This document shows, one piece after another, positions 63,361 through 64,000 of a DNA stretch of 64,000 nucleotides. Both the position numbers and the translations under genes were made by a program. Below the pieces are notes generated by a model that saw nothing but the letters and a program-made list of their open reading frames with translations, was not told where the DNA came from and made no database searches. Source of the stretch: a virus (taxonomy: Duplodnaviria > Caudoviricetes); the IMG/VR virus record IMGVR_UViG_3300045391_005020; one strand, written 5' to 3'. Within the stretch, counting starts at the first letter, position 1. Each line of letters starts with the position of its first letter.

Positions 63361-63404
63361 ATCATAACAATAGGCTTGGAAAATGTAAGAATCAGTGATC
63401 TAAG
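63361..63404 (-). promoter_or_regulatory. Extended -10 promoter with CTTAGATCAC element and CAA-N5-TTG box
   Basis: CTTAGATCAC-28-TATGAT; related in sequence to 61212-61255. Confidence 0.55.
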
Positions 63405-63427
63405 GGACTATGCCCCCAGCCCTGCGA

Positions 63428-64000
63428 TTACTCGACCGCGCCTGAATCCCAGTGGCCCTGTGGAGAGGTCCGATAGTCCCCGAGCGAGGTACGCCGATGA
63501 CCGTCGCCGTCGTCTCGGTTCCTGGACCTGGCCGGAGGAACGAAGTCACCGAGCAAGACATTCTGGTTTCCGGCGCCAGTGCAGTTGTCGGACGCGTCTA
63601 GCTGGGTTCCGGCGGTGAAGTCGCAGTTGTTGATGGCCGCGTCGTGAGCTACCGCGGTTCCGGTTACGTCGAAGATGCCGCCGTCCAGATCGGTGTTGTC
63701 GGCAACGAAGTTGCCCCCGACCGTACAGGTGTTTCCCGACAGGGTGACCAAGGTGACATCGGTCCACGACAGATTCCCGACCGTGGTTAGGTCAGCGACG
63801 TAGAATTCGAGAGTGCCGCCCGTTTGGGTCCAGGAGTCACAGGTGAGATCGACGCCAGGAATCCAGACGTACGAGTCTCCGACCTCAATCGGCGGAAGCG
63901 CCGCAGTTGAGCTGACTGCCGCCAGGGCTAGGCCGTCGCCAAACACGAATTTGGCACCGGTCGTGTAGGTGAGGAGTCCGCCGTTTGCGATCGAGATACC
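63428..64000 (-). CDS. Paralog of 61262-63325, C-terminal part (5' end outside window)
   Basis: Frame open to 64000; LPPI...C.SWTQTGG...VGGNFVADN..LDG...LDASD.CT shared with 61262. Confidence 0.65.
   Translation of the reverse strand, partial: GISIANGGLLTYTTGAKFVFGDGLALAAVSSTAALPPIEVGDSYVWIPGVDLTCDSWTQTGGTLEFYVADLTTVGNLSWTDVTLVTLSGNTCTVGGNFVADNTDLDGGIFDVTGTAVAHDAAINNCDFTAGTQLDASDNCTGAGNQNVLLGDFVPPARSRNRDDGDGHRRTSLGDYRTSPQGHWDSGAVE

Noticed and set aside
1-64000. tRNA, rRNA, CRISPR array, integrase, transposase, intron or intein; alternative genetic code
   Set aside because: None recognisable. Intergenic gaps are short, the RNAP and portal ORFs show no intein-sized inserts, and genes tile densely under the standard code.

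Overview
This window is part of a large, GC-rich tailed bacteriophage genome (myovirus-like/jumbo-like). It is almost entirely minus-strand coding and covers the virion morphogenesis region. In transcription order (right to left): beta-helix/adhesin tail-spike genes (~64-58 kb); a dNMP kinase (+ strand) and metallophosphoesterase pair; more fibre/spike genes (55.8-50.9 kb); a Nudix+HAD multidomain protein; the portal; a block of Gly/Ala-rich, mostly cysteine-free putative internal head proteins; a two-gene multisubunit RNA polymerase; prohead protease, scaffold, decoration protein and major capsid protein; head/tail fibres; a permuted NlpC/P60 enzyme and holin; neck proteins; and the start of a probable tail sheath. 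The strongest candidate for an undescribed system is the RNA polymerase. Gene 34907-39313 fuses beta to the N-terminal catalytic half of beta' (NADFDGD), and gene 32112-34016 carries the C-terminal half of beta'. By my reading neither chain contains any cysteine (~2,100 aa), both zinc sites are lost, and the genes sit between portal and protease among proteins punctuated by a K-x-A motif. This points to a virion-packaged, ejected RNAP with protease-processed cargo. Several recurring intergenic DNA motifs (CAA-N5-TTG, CTTAGA(G/T)CAC, leaderless promoters) suggest a dedicated regulatory circuit. I saw no tRNA, rRNA, CRISPR array, integrase or transposase. All assignments come from motifs read by eye and gene context; no database searches were run.
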